From a virus (Duplodnaviria; Caudoviricetes): DNA of 64,000 bases. Location of the stretch: the IMG/VR virus record IMGVR_UViG_3300002092_001784, positions 192,001 to 256,000 of that record; one strand, written 5' to 3'. Shown in pieces: positions 1-11,600 of this stretch. How positions within the stretch are numbered: the stretch's first letter is position 1; each line of letters begins with the position of its first letter. The notes under the pieces were generated by a model. The model did no database searches. It was not told where the DNA came from and worked only from the letters and a program-made list of their open reading frames with translations. The translations under genes and the position numbers were made by a program.

Positions 1-3
1 CAA

Positions 4-324
4 GTGACTAAAAAGGATAGAATAAGTGAATTAATTGAAGATATTCGTAAATTATTACTATCTCCAAGCGATATGGCTGTACTTGGCCCAATTATAAAAG
101 ATTTAATCGAAACATCTGTAAAAAATGATGACCAATTACTTAAACTTGCTACTATTGCACAACGAATAATAGCAAGTGATAAAAAGTCAGAAGGTGATGA
201 TGGGTTTTTAAGCGCAGCTGAGAAAGCTCAACTATTAAAGGATTTGGAAGAAACAAAAATTGAAGTACAAAAGGTTGATGAATTGGAAGATGAAGTTGAT
301 AAGATAAAAAAGAAAATTAAATAA
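4..324 (+). CDS. Hypothetical phage protein, probably 5'-truncated by the window edge
   Basis: ORF starts at a GTG at position 4; helical, charged protein; stop lies 2 nt before the next gene. Confidence 0.55.
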   Translation: MTKKDRISELIEDIRKLLLSPSDMAVLGPIIKDLIETSVKNDDQLLKLATIAQRIIASDKKSEGDDGFLSAAEKAQLLKDLEETKIEVQKVDELEDEVDKIKKKIK

Positions 325-326
325 CG

Positions 327-1547
327 ATGCCAATACAAAATGCAATAACATCAAATACAACGTTTACTCAATTTTCGGGTGGTGCTAAATCCGTATTGGG
401 ACATGCTGTTGTATATTCTGTAATATTGGATGATAAACACCCACTAATAAAGAATGGAAATGAACATATTACACATATTGGTGCGATTGAATTTAGGTAT
501 GTTTCAAAATCTCCAACTGATGACGATAATTTACCAATAGCATTTCCAATTGATAAGAATTTTAGAAATTTACCGGTAATAAATGAAACGGTTGAAATTA
601 TAGATGATAATTCTGGATTACTATATTACAGAAGAATTGGTTTAGAATTATCGCCAAATGTAAATTCAGATACTAGCTATATTAGTACATTTTTTAAGCC
701 GGTATCGGTATCATCGGTTGCTTCTTATATCAAATCAGCAGCAGTTGGAATTATTAGTGGTAACGGTGGCGGTGCATCGAAATTTGATAAATATGGAGAT
801 TATTTCAAACCACAAAAAGTACATAAACTTAAATTGTACGAAGGTGATAGCGTATTTGAAAGCAGGTTTGGACAATCTATTCGATTTTCTGGATATAATA
901 ATGATGGTAACAAATATTCACCTACTATTATAATCCGAAACTATGAAAATGCAAAATCGCAAGATTTGAAAGCAACTGAATTGACAGAGGAAGATGTGAA
1001 TATGGATGGTAGTACGATTGCTTTAACTTCTCAAGATTATAAATCAGCATTTCAACCGGGTACTGTAAATAATGGATCATCGGATATGGAGACGAAACCG
1101 AAATCATTCAAAGATTATCCATCGGAATTGAAAGGACATCAAATGCTGTTTAGTTCCGATAGGATAATTATATCAGCTAGAAAATCTGAAATGATTTTTT
1201 ATTCAAAGAAAAATTATGGGTTTATATCTGATGGACAAATGTCTATGGATAATAAACTGGGTATTGAAATAAATGTTGGCGGTGATACGAATATAAAAAC
1301 CAATAGTAAAGATATTAATATGAATACTGATAGTGGGCATGTTAATGTTGGTAATACAGATTTAGAGCCATTGGTCAAAGGAAATCAGTTGGTAACTGTA
1401 TTGCAAAATTTAATAGATGCTATAAATCAGCAAGTATATCTAACTCCAGCTGGTCCTTCAGCTCCCGGACCTGTAAATAAGCCGGCATTTGAGCAAATAA
1501 AAGCAAATCTAAAAGTAATACTAAGTAAACTAAATAATGTTTCATAA
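327..1547 (+). CDS. Baseplate hub / central spike-like protein (T4 gp5 / VgrG-like)
   Basis: N-terminal OB-fold-like segment (IGAIEFR...AFPIDKNFRNLPVINETVEI), EGDSVFESRFGQSIRF, beta-repeat-like C-terminal region; lies upstream of gp25 and gp6. Confidence 0.55.
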   Translation: MPIQNAITSNTTFTQFSGGAKSVLGHAVVYSVILDDKHPLIKNGNEHITHIGAIEFRYVSKSPTDDDNLPIAFPIDKNFRNLPVINETVEIIDDNSGLLYYRRIGLELSPNVNSDTSYISTFFKPVSVSSVASYIKSAAVGIISGNGGGASKFDKYGDYFKPQKVHKLKLYEGDSVFESRFGQSIRFSGYNNDGNKYSPTIIIRNYENAKSQDLKATELTEEDVNMDGSTIALTSQDYKSAFQPGTVNNGSSDMETKPKSFKDYPSELKGHQMLFSSDRIIISARKSEMIFYSKKNYGFISDGQMSMDNKLGIEINVGGDTNIKTNSKDINMNTDSGHVNVGNTDLEPLVKGNQLVTVLQNLIDAINQQVYLTPAGPSAPGPVNKPAFEQIKANLKVILSKLNNVS

Positions 1548-2104
1548 TGTCATGGAGTCTATTCAAACAGAACATTAAAAATGTAGAGGATCATCCCGAA
1601 AACATAAAATCCGTTAACCAAATAGCTCATCTATATGCTACCGAATATGATGCGGCAATAAAAAGAGGTGGTGATTTAGTAAATCATATCCCAATAATGA
1701 CCGGTAATGTAGGTGCGTTGGAATCTATGATGTTATTGGCATTGAACAGTGGATTAAATTCGCAAGGAACTTATAATTTGGTACATCAAATGGGACCCGG
1801 TATTATATTGTATTGGACCGGTGCTACTATGATGACCGCTCCAGTACCAATCACACCTGCGATTGGGGCAATTGTAAATACAGCATGTACTGCTGGTATA
1901 TGTAATAATCCCGGTCAATGGAACGAAGTACAACCGCCGCCACAACCAGCAGATTCAACTTCCCCAATGGTAGATCAATTCATAGCATATGCTAAAATTC
2001 ACTTAACAACCATTGGTGGTATGTTTAATACAATATCATTGTATCCACCGTTGGCATCTCCGGGTCCGGGTGTTGTGATGTGGAATGGGTATATGGTTCC
2101 GTGA
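1547..2104 (+). CDS. Hypothetical baseplate-region virion protein
   Basis: TAATG stop-start overlap with upstream gene; Pro/Gly-rich; within baseplate operon. Confidence 0.55.
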   Translation: MSWSLFKQNIKNVEDHPENIKSVNQIAHLYATEYDAAIKRGGDLVNHIPIMTGNVGALESMMLLALNSGLNSQGTYNLVHQMGPGIILYWTGATMMTAPVPITPAIGAIVNTACTAGICNNPGQWNEVQPPPQPADSTSPMVDQFIAYAKIHLTTIGGMFNTISLYPPLASPGPGVVMWNGYMVP

Positions 2105-2137
2105 TATTCCATTCGTTTCCAAAAATAAACAATTCAA

Positions 2138-2146
2138 ATATTTATA
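2138..2146 (+). promoter_or_regulatory. Putative phage late promoter motif ATATTTATA
   Basis: One of 17 near-start copies; 11 nt before ATG 2158. Confidence 0.55.
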
Positions 2147-2157
2147 GTTATAACAAA

Positions 2158-2673
2158 ATGAACAATAAGATGAATATTGATAAATTATTCGAAGCAATTC
2201 AGATTCTAGTCAATGAAGAAGTGAAAAGACAGTTACCAAATGCGGTTAAGCAAGAAATAGCTAAACTAAATGAAGTAAAGACATCGGTGAAACCAAAATC
2301 AAACGGATTATCTATGGCTAAGGCTATTTTGGGTGAAGATACTACAACTGTATCTTCAAAAAAACCTAAAAAGCAAGTTACCTATACTAAAAATCCGATG
2401 ATAAATCAAATTTTGAATGAAACACAACAACAAAAATTTGATATGGGAGATACTGAGTTCAGAACTGCTAATTTCGATCATTCAAATGCAAATACTATAA
2501 TTGATAGAGCAGCATTTGCGGCTAAGATTGGGTATGGTGATATGATAAACTTACCATCGACTACAATTGAGGGTAGACCTGTTAATATATCAAATGAAGC
2601 AGTTCAGCCGGTAGTAAAAGCATTAAACAGAGATTACACCGAATTGGTAAAACGATTCAATAAACCAAAGTAA
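2158..2673 (+). CDS. Hypothetical phage protein (start moved from 2080 to ATG 2158)
   Basis: ATATTTATA motif at 2138-2146 lies inside the extended ORF, so the in-frame ATG at 2158 (or 2170) is the likelier start. Confidence 0.6.
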   Translation: MNNKMNIDKLFEAIQILVNEEVKRQLPNAVKQEIAKLNEVKTSVKPKSNGLSMAKAILGEDTTTVSSKKPKKQVTYTKNPMINQILNETQQQKFDMGDTEFRTANFDHSNANTIIDRAAFAAKIGYGDMINLPSTTIEGRPVNISNEAVQPVVKALNRDYTELVKRFNKPK

Positions 2674-2676
2674 TAA

Positions 2677-3105
2677 ATGGCAGTAGTTTTAGGTTCAAAA
2701 CCATTATCAGATACGGATGCATATGTAGATTATGCAATAGGATTGGCATTGCCATTACAGATAGGTAATACTGCGTTTAGACAGACATTTACTATGATGG
2801 ATCAGGTCGGTGCCAATATACAAAATTTATTATTAACTACACGTGGTGAACGTATTATGCAACCGGAATTTGGAAGTAACTTAGGTGAAATATTGTTTGA
2901 ACAAGAAACGGATAATATAGCAAAATCTATTGAATATGCCATTACTAACGCGATAGCAATTTGGTTGCCGTATGTGAGTATTAGTGAAATACATATAGAT
3001 ACATCTAATCAATCAAAGGATAAAAATATAGTAGGTGTAACATTAACATTTTCTATTAATGGATACCCAAACTTAGGTACAGTAACATTTACAGTTCAAG
3101 GATAA
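2677..3105 (+). CDS. gp25: Baseplate wedge subunit, gp25/gpW family
   Basis: NIQNLLLTTRGERIMQPEFGSNL and AIAIWLPYV motifs; typical size; directly upstream of gp6. Confidence 0.9.
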   Translation: MAVVLGSKPLSDTDAYVDYAIGLALPLQIGNTAFRQTFTMMDQVGANIQNLLLTTRGERIMQPEFGSNLGEILFEQETDNIAKSIEYAITNAIAIWLPYVSISEIHIDTSNQSKDKNIVGVTLTFSINGYPNLGTVTFTVQG

Positions 3106-3111
3106 TAAAAA

Positions 3112-5148
3112 ATGGCACTATCAACAACAAATAAAACTTTTAAGAATAAAGGTAAGGATATAAAGTATCTTAATAAGGATTTTGTAGATTTCAGAAATAA
3201 TTTGATTGAATTTTCAAAAACTTATTTTCCAAAAACCTATTCTGATTTTAATGAGACATCTCCGGGTATGATGTTTATTGAGATGGCATCATATATTGGT
3301 GATACTCTTTCATATTATATTGATGATACGTTAAAGGAATCATTAATGGTATATGCTGAAGATATTACCAATATCATTCCATTGGCACAGTATTTAGGGT
3401 ATAAACCCAAAGTAACATCACCTGCTGTAACTACGGTATCTGTATACCAATTAGTTCCATCAACTGGGGTAGGCGTAAATAATGTACCTGATTCTAATTA
3501 TTTTTTAAGAATAAGAGAAGGAATGGTTATGGCTTCCAAAACCAATTCTATAACATTTGTGACAACTGAAGTTGTTGATTTTTCGGATACGGTTAATAGA
3601 GAAATAACAGTGTATCAGAAAGATTCCATTACAGGTGATCCAACGTTATATTTGGTGAAAAAATATGCACAGGCGGTATCATCTACATTAAAAACAGCTA
3701 CATTTACTTTTACAAGTTATCAACCATTTCAATATATAGACCTTTCGGATACAAATGTAATACAAATTTTAGATGTTAGGGATTCAAACGGAAACAAATG
3801 GTATGAAGTTCCTTATTTGGCACAAGAGATGGTATTTATTGATCAGCCAAATACACAGGAAAATGATCCGGATTTGTATCAATTCAAAACAACAGTTCCG
3901 TTTATCTTAAAAACTATTAAAACTCCTAGAAGATTTGTAGTAAAGGTAAATTCAAATAGTACTACTACTATACAATTCGGAACAGGAGACCCATCGGCAA
4001 GTGATGAATTACTTATACCAAATTTGAAAAATGTTGGATTAGGATTACCTAATTCTATAAATAAACTTGATCAATCATATGATCCTACTAATTTTTTGAA
4101 TACAAGTACATATGGTACATCACCATCAAATACTACAATTACTGTTAAATATTATGTTGGCGGTGGTATAACATCAAATATACCAAAAGGAGATTTAACT
4201 CAAATAACATCTATTGTAGTTGATAATGATGTATCTACATATAGTGATTCTGAAAAGGCAACATTTAATAGTATACGAAATTCCGTAGCAGTGGATAATG
4301 AAGTACCGGGCGTTGGCGGTAGAAGTGGTGAGAATGTGGAAGAGATAAGACAAAATGCGTTGGCATATTTTGGTGCTCAAAACCGAGCGGTTACTGCTAA
4401 GGATTATCAAGTTAGGGTGTTATCAATGCCGTCTAAATATGGTTCTATTGCAAAAGTATATGCAACCGCTGATGGTACACTTGATAACAATTCCCCTGCT
4501 TCGATTTTAGCATCACCAAATAATTTACAAGAGTTTACCGATTTGGTATATAGTTATGTAAATAAGCCAGATTCTCAAGAATTATCATGGGGGCAGATTT
4601 CTGATAGTATTTCTCAATATTTGGTTGGAAAAACTACAAATAAATCTGAAAAAAATAATCCATTCGCTATAAATTTATATCTATTGGCGTATGATGGTGA
4701 TGGTCATTTAACTGCAACAAATATGGCAATTAAAGAAAATCTGAAAACATATTTGGGTGAATATAAAATATTAACAGATGGTATCAACGTAATTGATGGA
4801 TATATCGTTAATATTGGAGTTACTTTTGAAATTATTGCTTATAAAAATTACAATAAAAGTGAGGTAGTTGCAAATTGTATTTTAGCATTAAAGGATTACT
4901 TTAATATAGATAATTGGTCATTTAACCAAACTATTAATTTAAGTGAAATTGAATTGATGCTGGCAAATATTGAGGGAGTATCAACTGTACCTAAATTGGA
5001 AATTGATAATTTGTGTGGTGGTGTGTATTCTCCAAATTCATATAATGTATTGACCGCTACTAAAAATAAAATGATTTATCCATCACTTGATCCTTGTGTT
5101 TTTGAAGTTAAATTTCCAAATACTGATATAAAGGGGAGGGCTATATAA
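3112..5148 (+). CDS. gp6: Baseplate wedge subunit, gp6 / baseplate-J family
   Basis: YLNKDF..FR N-terminus, GMMFIEMASYIGD, AQYLGYKP, ENVEEIRQNALAYFGAQNRAVTAKDY hallmark. Confidence 0.85.
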   Translation: MALSTTNKTFKNKGKDIKYLNKDFVDFRNNLIEFSKTYFPKTYSDFNETSPGMMFIEMASYIGDTLSYYIDDTLKESLMVYAEDITNIIPLAQYLGYKPKVTSPAVTTVSVYQLVPSTGVGVNNVPDSNYFLRIREGMVMASKTNSITFVTTEVVDFSDTVNREITVYQKDSITGDPTLYLVKKYAQAVSSTLKTATFTFTSYQPFQYIDLSDTNVIQILDVRDSNGNKWYEVPYLAQEMVFIDQPNTQENDPDLYQFKTTVPFILKTIKTPRRFVVKVNSNSTTTIQFGTGDPSASDELLIPNLKNVGLGLPNSINKLDQSYDPTNFLNTSTYGTSPSNTTITVKYYVGGGITSNIPKGDLTQITSIVVDNDVSTYSDSEKATFNSIRNSVAVDNEVPGVGGRSGENVEEIRQNALAYFGAQNRAVTAKDYQVRVLSMPSKYGSIAKVYATADGTLDNNSPASILASPNNLQEFTDLVYSYVNKPDSQELSWGQISDSISQYLVGKTTNKSEKNNPFAINLYLLAYDGDGHLTATNMAIKENLKTYLGEYKILTDGINVIDGYIVNIGVTFEIIAYKNYNKSEVVANCILALKDYFNIDNWSFNQTINLSEIELMLANIEGVSTVPKLEIDNLCGGVYSPNSYNVLTATKNKMIYPSLDPCVFEVKFPNTDIKGRAI

Positions 5149-5149
5149 T

Positions 5150-6214
5150 ATGTATAATTTTTTAACAGCATCGAAAGATGCATCGGTATACTCACTACAA
5201 TCGTATCAAAATGCTGGTTTGGATCAGATATTGGAGATAAGTAAAACGTATTATACGGGAGCAAAGGGTATATCAAGAGCACTATTAAAGTTTGATATTA
5301 CCGATTTATCGCAATCATTATCGGAAGGTAATAGTTCATTATCAGAGGTATTTCTTATTATGAAAGATGTTGCAAGTAATGAAATACCATTAGAGTATAC
5401 ATTATATGGAAATGCTGTTTCTCAAAGTTGGGAAATGGGCATTGGCACACGGTTTGATGAAATAACAACAGCAGGTGTTACTTGGAAAGCAAGAGATGGG
5501 GAATCATCATTAAAATGGTTGCCAAATAATACATATGCACCCAATTCAACCGGTTCATATGCTGGATATGGCGGAGTATGGTATACGGATTATGAAGTAT
5601 CGCAATTCTTTTCATATTCAACTGCCGATGTAAATATGGATATTAAACCATTGGTAAACGCATGGGTGAGTAGTTCAATTCCAAATGATGGTATGATATT
5701 ACGTTATTCTTCAGAATTTGAAAATAATAATATTGATTATGGTGTAATCCAATTATTCAGTAAAGAAACTAACACAATACACCAACCAAAAATTAGAGTT
5801 GGGTGGGATGATCAGATATTTTTAACAGGTTCATTATCGCCGATAGAGTCAACTAATGTGAAGATTGGTATTACTGATTTGAAACCCTATTATAAAGTTG
5901 GAAGTATTGCAAAGTTTACTATATTTGGTAGACAGGTATATCCATTGAAAACATTTATAAATCCATTTCCATATGTTGAATTACAGTATTTACCGCAAAC
6001 TACTTATTATCAAATACGTGATATTGGGACAGATGATATTATAATTCCATTTTCTGAATATTCTAAAGTAAGTTGTAATTCGGATGGAAATTATATAAAG
6101 GTGGATTTTTCAAATTGGGAAATTGATAGAAAATATAAAATAGAATTTAAGACGGAACATAACGGTTCGGTTGAATATTTTGATAATAATATAATATTTG
6201 GTATTGAAAAATAA
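5150..6214 (+). CDS. Virion structural protein, DNRLRE-like domain
   Basis: ASKDASVYS...NAGLDQILEI...SRALLKFD and QLFSKET...PKIRV resemble DNRLRE-type domains; baseplate operon context. Confidence 0.5.
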   Translation: MYNFLTASKDASVYSLQSYQNAGLDQILEISKTYYTGAKGISRALLKFDITDLSQSLSEGNSSLSEVFLIMKDVASNEIPLEYTLYGNAVSQSWEMGIGTRFDEITTAGVTWKARDGESSLKWLPNNTYAPNSTGSYAGYGGVWYTDYEVSQFFSYSTADVNMDIKPLVNAWVSSSIPNDGMILRYSSEFENNNIDYGVIQLFSKETNTIHQPKIRVGWDDQIFLTGSLSPIESTNVKIGITDLKPYYKVGSIAKFTIFGRQVYPLKTFINPFPYVELQYLPQTTYYQIRDIGTDDIIIPFSEYSKVSCNSDGNYIKVDFSNWEIDRKYKIEFKTEHNGSVEYFDNNIIFGIEK

Positions 6215-6216
6215 AT

Positions 6217-7314
6217 ATGGTAAAGGCAGGACTACAAAATGAAGAAGTAATAAGTGAGTTATTAGTTAGCGGTTCGTTGGTTATTAAACCAAAGAGTCCA
6301 ACTGGTGTTAATTATTTCGAAGCGGTTGATACTACCGATGGTATTCTTGCGGCTAAATTAACCAAACCGCATTACAATAAGCCGGAGGTTATTAAATCAA
6401 TAGATACGATTATAAAAGAATTATTACCTGTACCTGAAGTCATATTACCACCAACTGTTCCATTGGAAACGTATCAAACGGCATCATTGACTATTGATAG
6501 TCTGACAGCAACAATAGTGGGATTAAATGCAAAAATTGATGGGTTAAATTCTCAAATAGTATCACTACAATCAACAACACAAAGCTTATCTGCTACGGCT
6601 GATTCTGAAAAATTAAATGTAGCATCATTTCAGAATCAATCCGCCCAGGCAAACCAAAAGATACAAAGCTCTATTTCGGATTTACAAAATGCATTACAAA
6701 AAGCAACATTAGAAGCGGCACAGAGAGTATCATTAACGGCTATAAACGAATCTCTTAAAATACAAATAGATTCATTAACAAAAGAAATTGATACCCTAAA
6801 TCAACAATTATCTGCTCAAGCTCAGGCTGTTAGTGCTGGTGGTACTCCGACGGGTCAACTTGCTACTATATTATTTGATGGTGGTGGTGATCCAAGTAAA
6901 ACGGTATTTCCATCTATGATTTACCACGATTTTAATGGAGGGAGTGCCACCGTTGGTACTTTTGCCGCACCGAACAATACATATAAATCGGCATTTAGAA
7001 GTAATTTTACAGTTATAGCAAACGCTGTAAAAGATATAATTGTTAATATCACATTTTCCGGTAACATAAATCAAACTCCATTTGATTTTGGTACAACACT
7101 ACCGGTAACAATCAAAGCAGGGGCACAGTTAAAATTTCCATTAAATAAACCAACCACATACTTAAATGGTTTGACAGGAAAAACAGGAGGTGGATTGTTT
7201 AGTACGGCTACACCAAGTAATTATGATTTTACTATGACGGTTACTATTACCGATGTGGCAACCGGATTAATCAATGAATCCAAAGATTTTACATTTCATA
7301 TATATAAATATTAA
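6217..7314 (+). CDS. Virion structural protein with central coiled coil
   Basis: Long heptad-like region (approx. aa 85-205) followed by a beta-rich C-terminal domain. Confidence 0.55.
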   Translation: MVKAGLQNEEVISELLVSGSLVIKPKSPTGVNYFEAVDTTDGILAAKLTKPHYNKPEVIKSIDTIIKELLPVPEVILPPTVPLETYQTASLTIDSLTATIVGLNAKIDGLNSQIVSLQSTTQSLSATADSEKLNVASFQNQSAQANQKIQSSISDLQNALQKATLEAAQRVSLTAINESLKIQIDSLTKEIDTLNQQLSAQAQAVSAGGTPTGQLATILFDGGGDPSKTVFPSMIYHDFNGGSATVGTFAAPNNTYKSAFRSNFTVIANAVKDIIVNITFSGNINQTPFDFGTTLPVTIKAGAQLKFPLNKPTTYLNGLTGKTGGGLFSTATPSNYDFTMTVTITDVATGLINESKDFTFHIYKY

Positions 7315-7316
7315 TT

Positions 7317-8660
7317 ATGGCAATACAGTTTTTCAAAGATATAGTTGATAGTAAAGGGTATCGAATAAGTTCAAAGGATAGATCAATCTTTGAAACTGCC
7401 GATTTACAATCATTCTTTGGGTTGAGTGATATGGATGCCATTGAGTTTGTATTATATGATGCAAACGATAATCAATTACCACAAGGTGATTATGGGTTGG
7501 TACGATATGTAACACTCAATACACAAAATATTTCAGATTACTTTTTAATAGCCGATGGTACTATATTTCAAGCTAATAAATTCCCAAGCGAATATTTTAT
7601 TGATGCTGAACGTTTAATAAATGAAGCCGGTTATGATAATGGTATTTTTAAGACTCAAATTACACTTATTAATAAGAGATTGGGTACTGAACAACCAAAT
7701 CGTAAAGTGTGGATTTCCGAAATATCACCATCAAGAACAGAGGTTAGAATATTACCACTAAAAAACGAAGAAAACAATCAAACTGATTTATACGAACGGT
7801 TTGGTATATTTCAAAGAGATGGCGAGTTCAGAGATGATACGTTAATTTACATATTGCATTTTATAGAAAAAATAAATCCTATGATAATAGGTACAACTAT
7901 AAAAGCAAGATATACAGAACAATGGTATAATAAATTATGTACAGAATATAAAATATCGAGTTTTGATCAGTTGGTTACGATTATCTATAATAAATTTATG
8001 GAGGCTGCACTTTATGAAATTACTAATAGAATTTCGGATATACGCAATTTGAATTATGGAAATCCTAAAACAACAAAACCATCTTTACAGTTAACTAAAG
8101 AGCAACTAAAGGCAATATATTTGGACATATTGATAAAATGTATTGATTATTATTTGGCTTATGCTGATTCTCAAGCATTTGCAACATATACATTATCTTT
8201 GGATTCAAGTATTGATGAAACACGACGTTTAATGCACAGAACAACAACATATAGTACATTTGAATCAAGTTCAAAACCACCGGATGTCGTAATTGAACAA
8301 AAACAAAGAGTATGCGATACTGATGATGATGCTGTTAAGAAATTTGCAAAAGATTGTGATGATGAATTTGGTCGTGATATTGATGTGGTTGTTGTTGATA
8401 AAGATACAAAAGTACCAATTTCTAAACATATTTCTACTAATACTAATATTAAATACTTCAAACCATCATTGCGTGGTGAACCTAGTGTAGAGGCACAGAG
8501 TACTGTAACAAAAATAGAAATACCAATGGTAAAAGGGGCAACTACTGGTGAATTTAGTTTATCAAATAATACATTAAATAGTATACTATCTGATAATTAT
8601 AATAGTGGCAGTATTGCGCAAGTTTTGAATAAAATAAAAGCAACTAATAACATAGTCTAA
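7317..8660 (+). CDS. Hypothetical baseplate-region structural protein
   Basis: 447-aa ORF tightly packed in the operon; EISPSRTEVR motif; no function recognised. Confidence 0.55.
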   Translation: MAIQFFKDIVDSKGYRISSKDRSIFETADLQSFFGLSDMDAIEFVLYDANDNQLPQGDYGLVRYVTLNTQNISDYFLIADGTIFQANKFPSEYFIDAERLINEAGYDNGIFKTQITLINKRLGTEQPNRKVWISEISPSRTEVRILPLKNEENNQTDLYERFGIFQRDGEFRDDTLIYILHFIEKINPMIIGTTIKARYTEQWYNKLCTEYKISSFDQLVTIIYNKFMEAALYEITNRISDIRNLNYGNPKTTKPSLQLTKEQLKAIYLDILIKCIDYYLAYADSQAFATYTLSLDSSIDETRRLMHRTTTYSTFESSSKPPDVVIEQKQRVCDTDDDAVKKFAKDCDDEFGRDIDVVVVDKDTKVPISKHISTNTNIKYFKPSLRGEPSVEAQSTVTKIEIPMVKGATTGEFSLSNNTLNSILSDNYNSGSIAQVLNKIKATNNIV

Positions 8661-11600
8661 TGTCATTACAGAATACAAATAATATTATACAAGTTCCATT
8701 GGGTGTGGATGGTTTACCATTTGGTGGTATTGTAACTAATAGTAGTTCAATATCCCCAATACCTATTGTTTCGAAAGACCCGACATACTACGGTACTATA
8801 AATGCGGATACTCCGCATACGATTACAATTTCTTCAAATGTAGCTGGAGCAAGTATAATATTAAACGGTGAAAATACATTTAAGACAACAAACGCTTCAA
8901 TGACTTGGGCGTTATCTGATATATTAAATTCCACAATAACCAATACTATTGAATTACAAAAAACAGGGTTCGTTTGTACTGAACGATTTGTAATATCCGT
9001 AGTTCAAAATCCTAATTATAATTGGGTAACGCCAATTACACAATATACTGAAGATGGTGTATTACTTAAAACTGCAATTGCCGATTCGGTAAAGACGGGA
9101 GTTAAGGTACTACCTCAAAAAATGTATACTAACGTTCCACCTCATATTATAGATGTGGCTTATTATAAAAATGGAGTATTGACACCATTTACTGGAACGA
9201 TAGAAAACGGTGTTAATTCATCAACATCAATCGAATTTTCATTAGATGCGTTCACCGCAGTAATAGCTCCAGTTGATCAGACGGTGATTTCAACACCAAC
9301 ACCATCAACAAACGTAGTATCACCTGTTGTAACGCCTGTACTTACACAGCACTCACTGGCATTTAATGTCACAAGTTCTAATTTAACTACAAGTTCTGTT
9401 AATATTATCAAACATGATGTAACTACAAATGCAGATTCATCATTAGCAATAACTTCGGGTAGTTCTGTATATTATAGTACTTTTGCCGATACATATACAA
9501 TAGTATCATCCGATACTACATTACATAGAATTAGTTCTATTACAATTCAATCGACCATATATCCGCAAAAAACAATTACGGCGTTATTGGGTGAAAGTCT
9601 TACAACTACAATAACAGCAGATTCGGATTATGTCGTTTCTATTGTATCGGAGGAAATACCAACACAAACGGTATCTACTGCAAAGACTTCCATTATATTG
9701 ACTAATCAAAATGTAGATAGAAAATACAATATAAACTCAAATACTGATATACCTATTGCGTTTGTTAAACCCTATAATGTTCATAAAGTTAGAGTCAATG
9801 TAAATGATAAACAATATGAGTTTAAGGATTTGGGAGATGATGATGTTTGTGGTATTTCAATTCCTAAAGAAGCATATAATACGGTTGGTGATCATAAAAC
9901 ACATATTACTCCAGTTGATGATGATGATAACGATTGTGAAGTAACTGAAATAGTACATACGGTTGTTGAGGATTATTATGTGGGTATTCCTGATATTTTT
10001 AACATAGTTTACCCATCTATAATACAAGGACAGGATTACGTTGGAACTGATGTAAATTTTGATTTACAGTGGGATTCGGCAAATACAGATTATATTAGAT
10101 TATACAGTGGTACTAATTTTATACAACTACCTGCAATTGCGACACAGGTTCTAAATGTGAAGCAATTATTGGGAATGGCAAACGCTGTATTTTCTGAAAA
10201 CGATACCCAAATATCATTTCAATTAAAACTAATTCCATATAATGATAGTGGTGTTGATGATGCCGTAGGGAAAGAAGAAGTTATTACTATTAAGTTTATT
10301 AAAGGTAGGGATACAATACCACGCCCAGTAGCTATTACAAGAATTGCCGAAGCATTTCAATTACAATTTGATACGATAGATGTAGATGATGAGGGTTCTA
10401 AATATCTTACACATCTTTTACATTTGGGGGATGGTAATAACAAAATAATTACAACGTGGACTGGTAGTAATGATTCTGTTATATTAAAACTATATGAACC
10501 ACTACCAACTTCAGTTGATGTAAATCAATTAGTTTGGGTTTCCAAAATACAATCAAATACTACAATAGAATCGGTCACTCTTATCGGAGCTACGGCTTCG
10601 TATTGTGAACCGTTAAGAGGACCTAATTTTACAGTTGAACCGGATAATAGTATTGGATTTAAGGTATTTGATGATTTAATAGCAAGTGGATCGGCAACAT
10701 CTACCGATTTATTAAATAAATATTCTGAAAAAGTAGGAATAGACACTAAACGATTTAATATACAATTTGTAAGTGGTTCTCAATATGTATTTGAAAACTT
10801 TGTAAATTTTAGTTCGGCTGAAGAACGTGTTAATAATTTTTATTACAAACTTCAACTGATTGAAAATTATCAGAAACAATATAATTCATCAACGGGTAGT
10901 AGTTCAGCTATTTCTGGAATAAATGCACAAAGTGCATATGATTCATTAAATGGTGTAATGCAAGGGTTTGATGCTTTTGAGGATTTCTTATACACAGATA
11001 CTACTTCGGATTTATCATATCCTAAAGTTGATGGTAATCCAATACCATCCACAACGGATGATGCTCTTAATTGGTTGGATAACATAACAGCAACTGCTTC
11101 ATATTTTGATAAGTACAATCCAAATTATTTGGCTAATAACTATCCTCAGTATGTAAAAGAAAACGTAGATCATGCTGATTTTGTGGTGTTTAATGATATG
11201 ATCGGACAGCATTTTGATATAATATGGATGTATATCAATGCTATGAACAAAAATAAACAAGTTGAAGCAATTCAATCCAAAGGTGGTATCATAAATGATA
11301 TGGTATTCTATATGTTAGAATCTATGGGTTGGGGAGCTAAAATGGCTTATGATTCGGAATATCTATGGGAACATGCATTTGGATTGTATAGAGATGGTAC
11401 TCAAAAATATGTATCACCGTTGGTTCAAGCAAATGAACAGGTGTGGAGACGTATTTTGTATAATTTACCATATCTTCTAAAACATAAAGGTACGGCAAGG
11501 GCATTAAAAGCAGCTATGGCGTGTTATGGTGTTCCACAATCATTACTCACTATAATGGAATTTGGAGGACCTCAAAATCCTACTGGAGATGCTGTAACTC

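Noticed and set aside
2677-3105. Lysozyme activity for gp25
   Set aside because: The family label is historical; the protein is a structural wedge subunit.
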